Assembly (NCBI RefSeq): GCF_001194135.2
Contig: NC_068981.1
Coordinates: forward strand, 179,129,950-179,190,823
Direction of reading: 5' to 3'
Length of the DNA: 60,874 nucleotides
Source of the DNA: Octopus bimaculoides
Taxonomy: Eukaryota
The notes below the pieces were generated by a model that saw nothing but the letters and a program-made list of their open reading frames with translations, ran no database searches and had not been told where the DNA came from. Below, piece after piece: positions 49,940 to 60,874 of this stretch (the first letter of the stretch is position 1; each line of letters opens with the position of its first letter). The translations under genes were made by a program, and so were the position numbers.

Positions 49940-50450
49940 GGAAACCGAAACTGACAAAAATCTAAAAGATAGTGCTTGGAAAATTTTTTAGGAATCAATG
50001 TGACGAGAGCAAAGAAATATTAATAGAACTGTAATATCTTCTGTCAACTCTTTAAACCACATTCGGAAAAACCCATCTGTAAATAAAACGACCAAATTGA
50101 AATTGCTGCACTTTGTTCGATATTTTCTACTGTAATGTATACGTCTGAATCATGGGCTCTTAAAAAGATCATAGAAAATAAAAGAGAGTTTCTACGGAGT
50201 ATTAGCTGGTCAGAGAAAAAGGACAAATCAGTACACGTTGAAATTGAATGCAGCCTTGTAAAAGGACTAGTAAGCAAATACTCAGGTGATTTGGCATGTT
50301 ATGAGCGCAAATGGCTTACAAGAAGTGTTGATCACTGAAAAAGTCTCTGAAAAATGGAAAAGAGAAAAACCTGGACGAACCTCGTGTGGAGATAACTGTA
50401 TTGAAGGTGCAAGACGTAATAAACATCATGGAAGATACAGTTAAATGGAA
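49940..50450 (+). mobile_element. Decayed RTE-clade LINE ORF C-terminal fragment
   Basis: TVMYTSESWAL (LLYGSETW-like), FLRSISWSEK and KPGRTSCGDNCIE (GRP..W.D-like). Confidence 0.6.
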
Positions 50451-51679
50451 AGGATTGTTGGACAAATCAGAAGCTCTCCAAGAGTTTGCGGTGGTAAGTT
50501 ATGATATGGTTATTAACACAGTATGCTTCTTATCATCTTTATCATGGAAGATATTTCAGTGTCTAGCAAATCGCATTGCAAATTACGAAATTGCGCATTA
50601 AAGAAAGAGGCCTAAATGATTACCAACTTGTAAAAAATTCTATCGATTTGGTACTCAAAAGCAAGTAATATATCTGTCATGGTGTTTAGTTATAAGTGAC
50701 ATTGTTCAAAATTTTAAATTAGTCACAATGAAAACTAGTGGGTCATATTGCTAAAGTCAGTAAACCGGATGATGAGAAAAACTGGCAAAAATTGTTGCAC
50801 TCCAACTATTTAAGGAAATAAGCATTTAAAGCTTATACAATTATTTATATAAACCTTTAACCAGTATCTAAATAAAAATATAGGGTAATAAAGTTATGCT
50901 AATATTTTATGGAAAACTACAACAACAAAATATTATTAATCATATTCGATATTTGATTTCGCCATTCATAGTTTTAACAACATGATTTGCAAAATCGATT
51001 GATTTTCATATTGATTTATTTAGTTTTAGTTTCATTAGTTTATGCCGATCAAACAAAATGAAAATGTCTTTGTCTAAATCGAGAGACGCCACTGGAAGGA
51101 AGAGAAAAGATTTCCGACTAATTAATACTTGGAATAATTGCTGGTTGATAGCAGCAGGCAAGTAAAAGTAAGGGAAACAATAAATCTTTGTGAGCACATA
51201 TTTCTCAGATTATTGATCATGATTAAAGTTGGGAAAAGTTCAAGAACTTCAAAAATAACAGTTCAATCTCGGTTCAGAATAAATTTCTCCGAACTTAATT
51301 TTTGCTCCAATTAAAGTTCTAGTGACACAAAAGCTTTAATCCTACTGAAATTCATTCCAATTTATTCCAATCATTCAGTTAAATGCCACCGAAAATTCTC
51401 TTAAGCATAACATCAGCAGTATTTTGTTTCACAGAAAAATTTCAACAAAGTTATATAAATTAATAATCTCTAATTAATCTGACCGAAAATTGCCTCAGCA
51501 TTTTATATCTACTTATGAAACGTATGGTTTAACGAATGGAAAATATTAATTAAAAGATGACAATTCTAATAAGAATTCTATTAAATGGTTTCTTGTTATC
51601 AATGATTTGAATTTGAAGGCATTTACCAGCAAGAGAAACAAAATGATCGGAGGTGTGTCGAGAAAGAAAAAAAATGCTG

Positions 51680-51890
51680 CTTGTTGTTGCTTTTGATGTT
51701 TAACACAGTCAGCTCTGATTAAGCAAATCTATAATCAAAAGTGTTCCAACCATGACCATCCGCCATTTTGTACGACTGTATGACTCCATTATCCAACTTG
51801 GCGTTCTGTCTTTCGTCTTGAAGAATATATCGGATTTTAAAGAGACTTGGCTGCCATTTCAAGCAGGTCTAGAGACCACGTAAATTCTCC
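51680..51890 (+). repeat. Dispersed repeat family D, diverged
   Basis: Shares TTGTT..CAG..ATCAAA..TCCA..GTGACCAT and TTGGCTGC(C/T)ATTTC(A/T)AGC with the reverse complement of 55140-55310. Confidence 0.55.
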
Positions 51891-52525
51891 TCCGTAACCA
51901 GCACAAACACATTTTATCAACGATGTGCAGAAATATTCAATAAGAATTGCTTATTTTTCTTGATCAAATTCTATTATGACTGAATCGTCGTTACAGTCAT
52001 ATATATATATATATANNNNNNNNNNNNNNNNNNNNNNNNNNNNNNNNNNNNNNNNNNNNNNNNNNNNNNNNNNNNNNNNNNNNNNNNNNNNNNNNNNNNN
52101 NNNNNNNNNNNNNNNNNNNNNNNNNNNNNNNNNNNNNNNNNNNNNNNNNNNNNNNNNNNNNNNNNNNNNNNNNNNNNNNNNNNNNNNNNNNNNNNNNNNN
52201 NNNNNNNNNNNNNNNNNNNNNNNNNNNNNNNNNNNNNNNNNNNNNNNNNNNNNNNNNNNNNNNNNNNNNNNNNNNNNNNNNNNNNNNNNNNNNNNNNNNN
52301 NNNNNNNNNNNNNNNNNNNNNNNNNNNNNNNNNNNNNNNNNNNNNNNNNNNNNNNNNNNNNNNNNNNNNNNNNNNNNNNNNNNNNNNNNNNNNNNNNNNN
52401 NNNNNNNNNNNNNNNNNNNNNNNNNNNNNNNNNNNNNNNNNNNNNNNNNNNNNNNNNNNNNNNNNNNNNNNNNNNNNNNNNNNNNNNNNNNNNNNNNNNN
52501 NNNNNNNNNNNNNNNNNNNNNNNNN

Positions 52526-52564
<39 letters not shown>

Positions 52565-52574
52565 AACATATGTA

Positions 52575-52785
52575 TGTATGTGTGTCTTTGCGTTTGTCTC
52601 CACCACCGCTTGACAACTGGCGTTGGTTTCTTTATATATGGGTAAACTAGTGGTTCGGCAAAAGACTCCAACAAATTAAGTATCAGACTTAAAAAGTAAT
52701 TACTGGGGTTGACTTATTCGTCTAAACCCTACAAGAGGGCGCTCGAGCATGGCTACAGTCCAATTAATTGAAGCAAATTAACAAT
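52575..52785 (+). mobile_element. SINE family A, diverged tail
   Basis: TTTGTCTCCACCACCGCTTGACAAC..GGTTCGGCAAAAGA..GAGCATGGCTACAGTC. Confidence 0.75.
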
Positions 52786-53227
52786 TAAAAATAAGAAATT
52801 TTCAGATTAAAAGCGATTAGGTGCGAAATGCAGACAAATATAAGCAAATATTCATATGCTCTGTGTGGAGAAAAATATGAGGAGTATTTTGACTAGTTTC
52901 ATCTAACACAGGTTATTTCTACACAGAAATTGCCAATCTGAATTAACTGAAGTATTTAATGTAGGTTTATCTGCAATTGTTTACAATTTTAAGATTCGGT
53001 AAATAAATGTAAACACATTTTCATATCTGTTCTTGAGCAGAAAAATGTGGAATTTGTTCCGAATAGTTTCATCTCTTGGAGATTCAATGTGAAACAAGTA
53101 CCATATACCATAATTATATATAAATTGGACATGTTCAGTTTATTGAGTTAATTACAAAATCCGATATACGCATCCAGGGAGAATTCTAAATTAAAATTGC
53201 CATCTATAATTCATACTCAATGTAGAC

Positions 53228-53377
53228 ACACAGTTGAGAAGCCAGTTACTGGCTTACCAATAAATATCAGAGTCGATAAATCAGAGAGAGACGAATATGT
53301 CACAGAAAGTTGAAAAGGCTTAAAAAGGTCGAGCTGCATCGTGCGCTCTCACTGGCTGCTGCTGCTGGGAGGAACTT

Positions 53378-53428
<51 letters not shown>

Positions 53429-53523
53429 AAACCCTTTGATATTTGTTGTGCTTTTAACACAGTAAATCTATAAGGGATGTTACCTCAGGACAAATCCTGG
53501 AGTAGCTGGCTTCTCAACAGTGT
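53228..53523. mobile_element. MITE-like 296-bp element
   Basis: 23-bp inverted repeats (53228-53250 and 53501-53523, 2 mismatches) enclose non-coding sequence with a (CT)n tract. No clean TSD. Confidence 0.55.
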
Positions 53524-53570
53524 ATATTCATTAGGTATGAACGATAGATAGTTATTTCAATTTGAATAAA

Positions 53571-54801
53571 AGGCGCAGGCGTGGCCCGTGGCCCTTTAGT
53601 AAGAAGCTTTTGGACAGGGTGTGCGGCCAGGAAAGATCTTTCTCGGCTTGCACGACCTGTTCAACATGGCCTCCGCAGGTGGCTGCGGAGGTCGTGACTA
53701 ATAGGATCCTGTCAAGGATTATAGCCACCTTTGACATGGAGGATATTATCTGCCTCGCCACGGACCCCGACTTGTCCATGCGGACTTGTCTGCGGGCAGC
53801 AGGTCGTTTGCTTAAGGGCTGTGGCGGGGCGGATTAGTTATCATTAATTGTATTAATGAATTTGATTTATATTGCATAACTGATTTTGTAAATGATTTGT
53901 ATTGAAACAATGTTTTCGAGAGGTTGCTAGTCGGTGGGCGCTGGCGCCGCTCTCATTTTTCATCTGTGTCATCCTACCATATTTTCATTAATGTCTTTGT
54001 CTAGCCCTAGCTTCTGCTACTCTATGTACAGACTTCATGGCTAATCAAATGAAATAAAGAAGCTTGCTTCCCAACCAAAATGGTTCCAGGTTCAGTACCA
54101 CTGCGTGACGTTTTGGGCAAGTATCTTCTACCATAGCCTCAGGCAGACCAGACCCTTGTGACTGGATTTGAAGACAGAAACTGAAACAAGCCCGTCCTAT
54201 ATATATATATTTATACATATATAAAAATAAGGTGATATATAAAATATATATCAGGAGCGAACACGTACGAATACGAGTCGAAATGCTTGCTAGAAGGAGA
54301 CGCTAATGTCTGAAAACTAGCTAACATATCACCATAAAAATAACAAGAGTCGTACTCGTGCAAATAAACGAAACAGATTAATGAAACGGTTCAATTACAT
54401 ATCAATTGATTTCAAGATTAAGGGGCATCATCACTCTAGTACAGCCAGGTCAATGCACATAACCACGAACAAAATACATACCTAGGGAATACATATCTCC
54501 GCACCGTAAATACGTTATTCGTACTTATATACAGAATAAAAATTCAAAAATCTGGTATCGTTTATTTCGACCACGTGTTAATAACCGTATAATCCAGCAT
54601 TGAATAATTTTGGTTTGGGTGAAATTATATATTAAAAATATATATATTTTTTTATAAACAAAATTGAAGATAAAATCTACGTTAGATTTTATCAAGTAGC
54701 TAGCATGCAATCAACCGGTTAATGTAAAATTATTCAATTTATAAATTCTCTTCAATTTTCTTATATATAATATATATATATATATATACATTCTACATAC
54801 A

Positions 54802-54888
<87 letters not shown>

Positions 54889-55092
54889 GTCTTTGTTTCT
54901 GTGTTCTAACACCGAGCTTGGCAACTGCTGTTGGTGTGTTTACATCTCGTAACATAGCTTTTCGGCAAAAATGACCGATAAAATAAGTAAAGGCTTTAAA
55001 AATTAAGTCCTGGGGGTTAATTTGTTCGACTAAAACACTTCAAGGTGGTGCCCCAGCATGGCCGCCGTCAAAATGACTGAAACAAATAAAAG
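53571..55092 (+). mobile_element. SINE family A copy split by nested insertions
   Basis: Head start 53571-53609, head continuation 54057-54198, tail 54886-55092. Confidence 0.65.
53610..54056 (+). mobile_element. 447-bp insertion with a 9-bp TSD, probable 5'-truncated non-LTR retroelement 3' end
   Basis: AAGAAGCTT at 53601-53609 and 54057-54065. A GC-rich open frame ends in TAG at 53837, followed by an AT-rich UTR-like segment ending ..GAAATA(AAG). Confidence 0.7.
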
Positions 55093-55139
55093 ATAACAGA
55101 TTAGCAGAAACAAATGCTGATTAGTTCCGTTTAATCAAA

Positions 55140-55310
55140 CCAACATTGTTATATGACTGGCTAGAAATAGCAAATAAATCTCCGTCAAAATCACCGCAAC
55201 CTCCTAATGCCTCAAGGAAAAGGATGCATAAGATAATGCGAACACAATGGTCACACTTGGAGTGCTCTTTGATAGATGACTGATCTGGGGCTAAACAACA
55301 ATAGAAGATG
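55140..55310 (-). repeat. Dispersed repeat family D, diverged
   Basis: See 51680-51890. Confidence 0.55.
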
Positions 55311-55329
55311 TGACAATAGCAGTGAGAAC

Positions 55330-55540
55330 AAGAACAAATTGTGAGAAACCGAAGCTCGAAGGACATAAGCAAACTCGCGATTACCTGTGTGTACATATTG
55401 ACATCGGATTGGGGATAAGAATAGGAACGGAACTAAAACAGAACTGAACAGGGAACGAGATAGGGCATGAAACAGTGTAATGGGAATGGGAACGGGAAAT
55501 AATCCCTGCTTTTCCAGGTATTACCGGGTAATTCAGCTAG
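55330..55540 (+). mobile_element. Probable Helitron 3' end
   Basis: CCAGGTATTACCGGG imperfect palindrome, 8 nt, then CTAG|T. GGGAAY-type repeats lie upstream. The 5' boundary is uncertain. Confidence 0.6.
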
Positions 55541-56454
55541 TATATATGTATGTATGTATGTATGTATATATATATATATATATATATNNNNNNNNNNNNN
55601 NNNNNNNNNNNNNNNNNNNNNNNNNNNNNNNNNNNNNNNNNNNNNNNNNNNNNNNNNNNNNNNNNNNNNNNNNNNNNNNNNNNNNNNNNNNNNNNNNNNN
55701 NNNNNNNNNNNNNNNNNNNNNNNNNNNNNNNNNNNNNNNNNNNNNNNNNNNNNNNNNNNNNNNNNNNNNNNNNNNNNNNNNNNNNNNNNNNNNNNNNNNN
55801 NNNNNNNNNNNNNNNNNNNNNNNNNNNNNNNNNNNNNNNNNNNNNNNNNNNNNNNNNNNNNNNNNNNNNNNNNNNNNNNNNNNNNNNNNNNNNNNNNNNN
55901 NNNNNNNNNNNNNNNNNNNNNNNNNNNNNNNNNNNNNNNNNNNNNNNNNNNNNNNNNNNNNNNNNNNNNNNNNNNNNNNNNNNNNNNNNNNNNNNNNNNN
56001 NNNNNNNNNNNNNNNNNNNNNNNNNNNNNNNNNNNNNNNNNNNNNNNNNNNNNNNNNNNNNNNNNNNNNNNNNNNNNNNNNNNNNNNNNNNNNNNNNNNN
56101 NNNNNNNNNNNNNNNNNNNNNNNNNNNNNNNNNNNNNNNNNNNNNNNNNNNNNNNNNNNNNNNNNNNNNNNNNNNNNNNNNNNNNNNNNNNNNNNNNNNN
56201 NNNNNNNNNNNNNNNNNNNNNNNNNNNNNNNNNNNNNNNNNNNNNNNNNNNNNNNNNNNNNNNNNNNNNNNNNNNNNNNNNNNNNNNNNNNNNNNNNNNN
56301 NNNNNNNNNNNNNNNNNNNNNNNNNNNNNNNNNNNNNNNNNNNNNNNNNNNNNNNNNNNNNNNNNNNNNNNNNNNNNNNNNNNNNNNNNNNNNNNNNNNN
56401 NNNNNNNNNNNNNNNNNNNNNNNNNNNNNNNNNNNNNNNNNNNNNNNNNNNNNN

Positions 56455-56488
56455 TAACGTTTCTGCCAGCCTGCCGCCTTAATGTATA

Positions 56489-56530
<42 letters not shown>

Positions 56531-56765
56531 TTATTTTTTTAATGCTCACAAGGGGCTAAACATAGAGGGGACAAACAAGGACAGACAAATGGATTAAGTA
56601 GATTACATCGACCTCAGTGCGTAACTGGTACTTAATTTATCGACTCCGAAAGGATGAAAGGCAAAGTCGACCTCAGCGGAGTTTGAACCCAGAACGTAAC
56701 GGCAGACGAAATACCGCTAAGCATTTCGCCCGGCGTGCTAACGTTTCTGCCAGCTCGCTGCCTTA
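56455..56765 (-). mobile_element. SINE family B (tail type 3) at 56545-56765 plus the head of a second copy at 56455-56480
   Basis: AGGGGCTAAACATAGAGGGGACAAACAAGGACAGAC tail and the family B head. Confidence 0.92.
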
Positions 56766-57135
56766 TGGTTGTTTCAAATATTGCATTTTCCAATAACGCT
56801 GTCTCTTTTTTCGAAAGCAGGTTATGATTTCAGGAGAGAGACATGCACCACCTGAACAGACCGAACAGATCAAGTAGACCAATCGTTTGATTAAATAATA
56901 CCATTCTCAGTAGATGAATATATATATGTAATGGCAATCAGCTTGTGAAGTACGCGTACACTACCTCAAAATGAAAGAATTGTTGGACTTTGCCTTCATT
57001 TTACTGGTTTTGTTTCCTCTACTTCAATAGAATTAAACAAAAAATGAAGGGAAATTTACTGATCCGCTAAAACGGTTAGTAAGACGCGCCGATACTTATC
57101 TCCACCCTAATTAAATCGGTTACTCGTATGTTCAG

Positions 57136-57240
57136 TATGTATGTATATCTATGATCAGTATGTATGTATGTATGTATATCTATGATCAGTATGTATGTAT
57201 GTATGTATATCTATGATCAGTATGTATGTATGTATGTATA
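57136..57240. repeat. 31-bp minisatellite, about 3.4 copies
   Basis: CTATGATCAG recurs at 57149, 57180 and 57211. Confidence 0.92.
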
Positions 57241-57722
57241 TGAGATGAGTATGTAGGTACATGTATACAGGGATACATATACATATATACATGTGTGTGT
57301 ACGTGTGTGTGTTTGTGGCGGGGTGTCTGTACGTGTGTGCGCGTGTGCGTATTATTTATAACTTTCGGCATCTTTATATATCTATCTATTCAGAATGCTT
57401 ATTAGATAGGTTAATCAAAAAGCCTTATTATTAGTGTTCAGCTGGTGTGCATAAAAGAAATCGTTCAAACGGATATTGTAATTATGTTAATAAATGCAAG
57501 GAAGAGCACAATTTGTTACAATAGAACAAAGATTTTGTGAAACGGACCCGCATGGAAACAAATTGAGGCGGCAATACTTTCCCTTTTTACATGTCTTCTC
57601 CCGCTCACTCCAAACATATATGTATGCGTATGTGTGTGTGTGTGTGTGTGTGTGTTTGTGTGCGCGTGTGTGTATATATATGATAAACATGATATAAATG
57701 ATATACATATATATATATGTAA

Positions 57723-57776
<54 letters not shown>

Positions 57777-57796
57777 AATATAATATAATATGTATA

Positions 57797-58230
57797 AGCG
57801 CTGGAGTGGCTGCGTGGTAAGAAGCTTGCTTCCATACCACATGATACCGGGTTCGGTCCCATTGCGGGTCACCTTGGGCAAGTATCTTTTACTATAGTCT
57901 CGTGCCGAACAAGGCCTTGTGAATGGATTTGGTAGAGGGAAACTGAAAGAAGTCCGTCGTATATGTATGTATATATCTATGAATGTATGTATACATGTAT
58001 GTATGAATGTATGTATTATGTATGTATGAATGCATGTATGTGTTTGTCTCCCCACCATCGCTTGACATCGCTTGACAAGGTTGGTGTGTTTACGTCCCCG
58101 TAACTTAGCGGTTCTGCAAAGAAAACCGATAGAATAAGTACTAGGCTTACAAAGAATAAGTCCTGGGGTCGATTCGTTCGACTAATGGTGGTGCTCCAGC
58201 ATGGCCGCAGTCAGAAACAAGTAAAAGAAT
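57797..58230 (+). mobile_element. SINE family A, near full length with internal (TATG)n
   Basis: tRNA-like head (GAGTGGCTGCGTGG..GGTTCGGTCCC), CACCTTGGGCAAGT CORE-like body, microsatellite, and tail ending GAAACAAGTAAAAG. Confidence 0.93.
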
Positions 58231-59014
58231 ATATATATATATCTATGTGTGTGTGGTGTGTGAGTGTGTGTATGTATAAACACACTGACGCACATCCATT
58301 TACATCCGTCACGTATATACAGACATGAATTTATCCACATTCATACGCATACAAAATGCATACACACACACGCACGCACGCACGCGCACACACACACACA
58401 CTTTCGGACGTACACAAACATGCACAACCACTCACTCATTGAGTCTCCGTTGTTTATTCAGATGATGGTCACGTATAATCAAAAATCGTTCTGTGATCAT
58501 TTTAAATAATCATCAAATTATCTAGAAGTTACCCAATGTGTCCATCCCTTATTAAAATAGGGGAAATATTTGCCTGCTATTTCTAGCAGACTGAGGTACT
58601 ATACATACTTACATTCACACGGGTGCCCAAAAGTAACTGGAAACGTTCTGTGTGAGACAAGCCTGTTGTAGTTCAGGTTTCCGCCGCTAGAAGCCACCAG
58701 TATGCCGAACGGCGTCGTAGAGTGAAGTCGTACTGTCAGGTGGTGCGTCTTTGATTTGCAGTCTTTCTCCCTTGTTCGTCGATTTTTGCGATGGATGAAA
58801 CGAAGGAACAGCGTGATTCCATGAAACTGTGTTTTCTGCTGGGTAAAACGGCGGCCGAAACAGTTGTCATGCTTCAAATAGCTTATAAGGACGCTGCCAT
58901 GGCCAAAACACAGGTTTACGAGAGGTTTTCATGCTTTAGGAATGGTTACTTGTCGCTTGAAGACCAACCTCTTTCAGGGTGTCCGCCAACCTCCAGAACG
59001 AATGAAAGAATAAA

Positions 59015-59243
59015 GGCAGCGAGCTGGCAGAAACGTTAGCACGCCAGGCGAAATGCTTAGCGGTATTTCGTCTGCCGTGACGTTCTGTGTTCAAATTCAG
59101 CCGAGGTCGACTTTGCCTTTCATGTTTTCGGGGTCGATAAATTAAGTACCAGTTACGCACTGGGGTCGCTGTAACTAACTTAATCCCTTTGTCCTTGTTT
59201 GTGTTCCTCTATGTTTAGCCTCTTGTGAACAATAATGAAATAA
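59015..59243 (+). mobile_element. SINE family B (tail type 3) inserted in the mariner
   Basis: 15-bp TSD GAATGAAAG(A/C)ATAAA at 59000-59014 and 59244-59258. Confidence 0.95.
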
Positions 59244-59532
59244 GAATGAAAGCATAAAAATTCATGAACTGATCTTGGAGGACCATCATCATGGAGGAAT
59301 TTGTTATGATTGGTGCGGCCTAGAGATCCTATCAAGGAATTTTGAGGGAGGAATTGCAAATGAAAAGAGTTGTACCAAAATGTGTCTCTCGCTTGCACAC
59401 GGAAGACCAAAAGCATTCACGACCGAACGTGGGTCGTGAACTGAGGGAACAGTTGGAAATTTATCCGGACCTTTTTTCAAAGGTTATCACTGGTGACAAA
59501 AGGTGGCGCTATGGAATTTGCAGATGTGGAAT

Positions 59533-59742
59533 ACTCTTTTACTCTTTTAGTTGTTTCAGTCATTTGACGGCGGCCAAGCTGGAGCACCGCCTTTAGTCGA
59601 TCAAATCGACCCCAGGACTTATTCTTTGTAAGCCTAGTACTTCTTCTATCGGTCTTTTTTGCTGAACCGTTAAGTCACCGGGACGTAAACACACCAGCAT
59701 CGGTTGTCAAGCAATGTTGGGGGGACAAACAGAGACACACAA

Positions 59743-59811
<69 letters not shown>

Positions 59812-59902
59812 TACGACGGGCTTCTTTCAGTTTCCGTCTACCAAATCCACCCACAAAGCTTTGGTCGGCCCGAGGCTACAGTAGAAGACATTTTCCCAAA
59901 GT
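59533..59902 (-). mobile_element. SINE family A, 5'-truncated, inside the mariner
   Basis: Tail, internal (CA)n(TA)n and body match the reverse complement of 57797-58230. Confidence 0.93.
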
Positions 59903-60115
59903 GTGAAGAAAAAAAAAAAACGACGGAATCGTTAAACGGCAACACTTTGCAAGAGTTCCAGTACTGCTTCGAACAGGGGAAGATACCTCTAGACCGATGC
60001 ATTGCTTCAAATGGAGAATTCTTTGAAGGCGATAAAAGTGTAAACATGTAATATTGAGTAAAATAATATTGCAAAATTTCGGTTTCTTTTGGGTACTCTC
60101 TCGTATAAGTATATG

Positions 60116-60600
60116 CATTGGCATGACTCTGTGGTAAGACGTTTGTTTCACAACCACATCATTCCGGGTTCAGTCCCACTGTGTGGCACCTTGTGTCATA
60201 CTATTCCACAATAACATAGGGCCCAACAAAGACTTGCAAGAAGATTTAATGGAGGGAAACTGAGAAAAATGACCGTCTGTATAGAATGACAACAGCCTAA
60301 TGACTAAAACAAGGGATAAAAGATTGCGAGTAGATATGACAGACGGAAACTGAAAGAAGCCAGTCGCGCGTGTATACATATATATATTTGAATGTGTGTG
60401 TGTAGAGGGAAGGCGCGCGAGTAACTTTACGTTTGTGTTTATCTCTTCAACACCGCTTGGCAAGCGTTGCGGGATTTTTACGTCCCCGTAAACCAACGGT
60501 TCAACAAATAAAGATCGACAAAGCACCAACCAGGTTTTAAAAAAAGTAAGTACTGGGCTCGGTTTATTCAACTAAACTCTTCAGTCCAATGAATGAAAAC
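60116..60600 (+). mobile_element. Two adjacent diverged SINE family A pieces
   Basis: Head at 60116-60270. A second GGAAACTGAAAGAAGCC and a tail lie at 60330-60600. Confidence 0.8.
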
Positions 60601-60832
60601 AGTATAAGTTAAAAGATACGTATATGTGCAAGTAAGCACACACACATACACAAACATACCCACACATATGATAAAAATAATTTCAATGAGTAAAATGTTC
60701 CCACAATAGCTTTGAGTGAATGGTATTTGAAATATAAAATTCTGCTTTATCATAAATACATACGTAGATATAACTAAACGCATTATACATATAGATTTAC
60801 ATTACATATATTCAATATAAAGATATATCTAA

Positions 60833-60874
<42 letters not shown>

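Larger units (their letters stand above)
58616..60105 (+). mobile_element. Mariner-like transposon relic interrupted by two SINEs
   Basis: MDETKEQR..KLCFLLGKTAAETVVML (HTH region), KRVVPKCV (WVP-like), VITGDKRW, and C-terminal LDRCIASNGEFFEG*. Degenerate TIRs are CCCAAAAG / CTTTTGGG. The catalytic middle is missing. Confidence 0.88.

Noticed and set aside
1586-60783. Long ORFs rich in YI, HT, CV, X or homopolymers in the ORF track
   Set aside because: They are translations of microsatellites and N-gaps, not genes.
1-60874. CRISPR arrays, rRNA, operons or other prokaryotic systems
   Set aside because: There is no repeat-spacer array or rRNA-like sequence, and the window is eukaryotic repeat-rich DNA.

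Overview
This is AT-rich, repeat-saturated eukaryotic DNA with 15 N-gaps (about 7 kb in total), most of them next to (TA)n or (CA)n tracts. The SINE families and microsatellite load suggest a coleoid cephalopod, most likely Octopus (inference). No complete protein-coding gene is visible, and most ORF-track entries are microsatellite or gap artefacts. Recognisable content: a Penelope-like element (PLE) with an inverted 3' copy, decayed CR1-group and RTE LINE fragments, two Tc1/mariner relics, a solo LTR and a 3' LTR with its PPT, three Helitron-like 3' ends, small MITE-like elements, three tRNA-derived SINE families plus one unclassified dispersed repeat, and one candidate first coding exon (32876-33006). 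The most notable signal is a set of type I hammerhead ribozyme motifs. Two have canonical cores (22786-22833, 29732-29793), one is near-canonical (41885-41921) and three are degenerate. All six have a self-complementary helix III, five different palindromes in all, and lie in a PLE or in short segments next to (TA)n. PLE-linked minimal hammerheads are a known class, so novelty would lie in the specific families and variants, not the class. Also notable: one SINE copy carrying two nested insertions, and several near-perfect zero-spacer palindromes. All motif calls and identities were made by eye and coordinates of decayed repeats are approximate.
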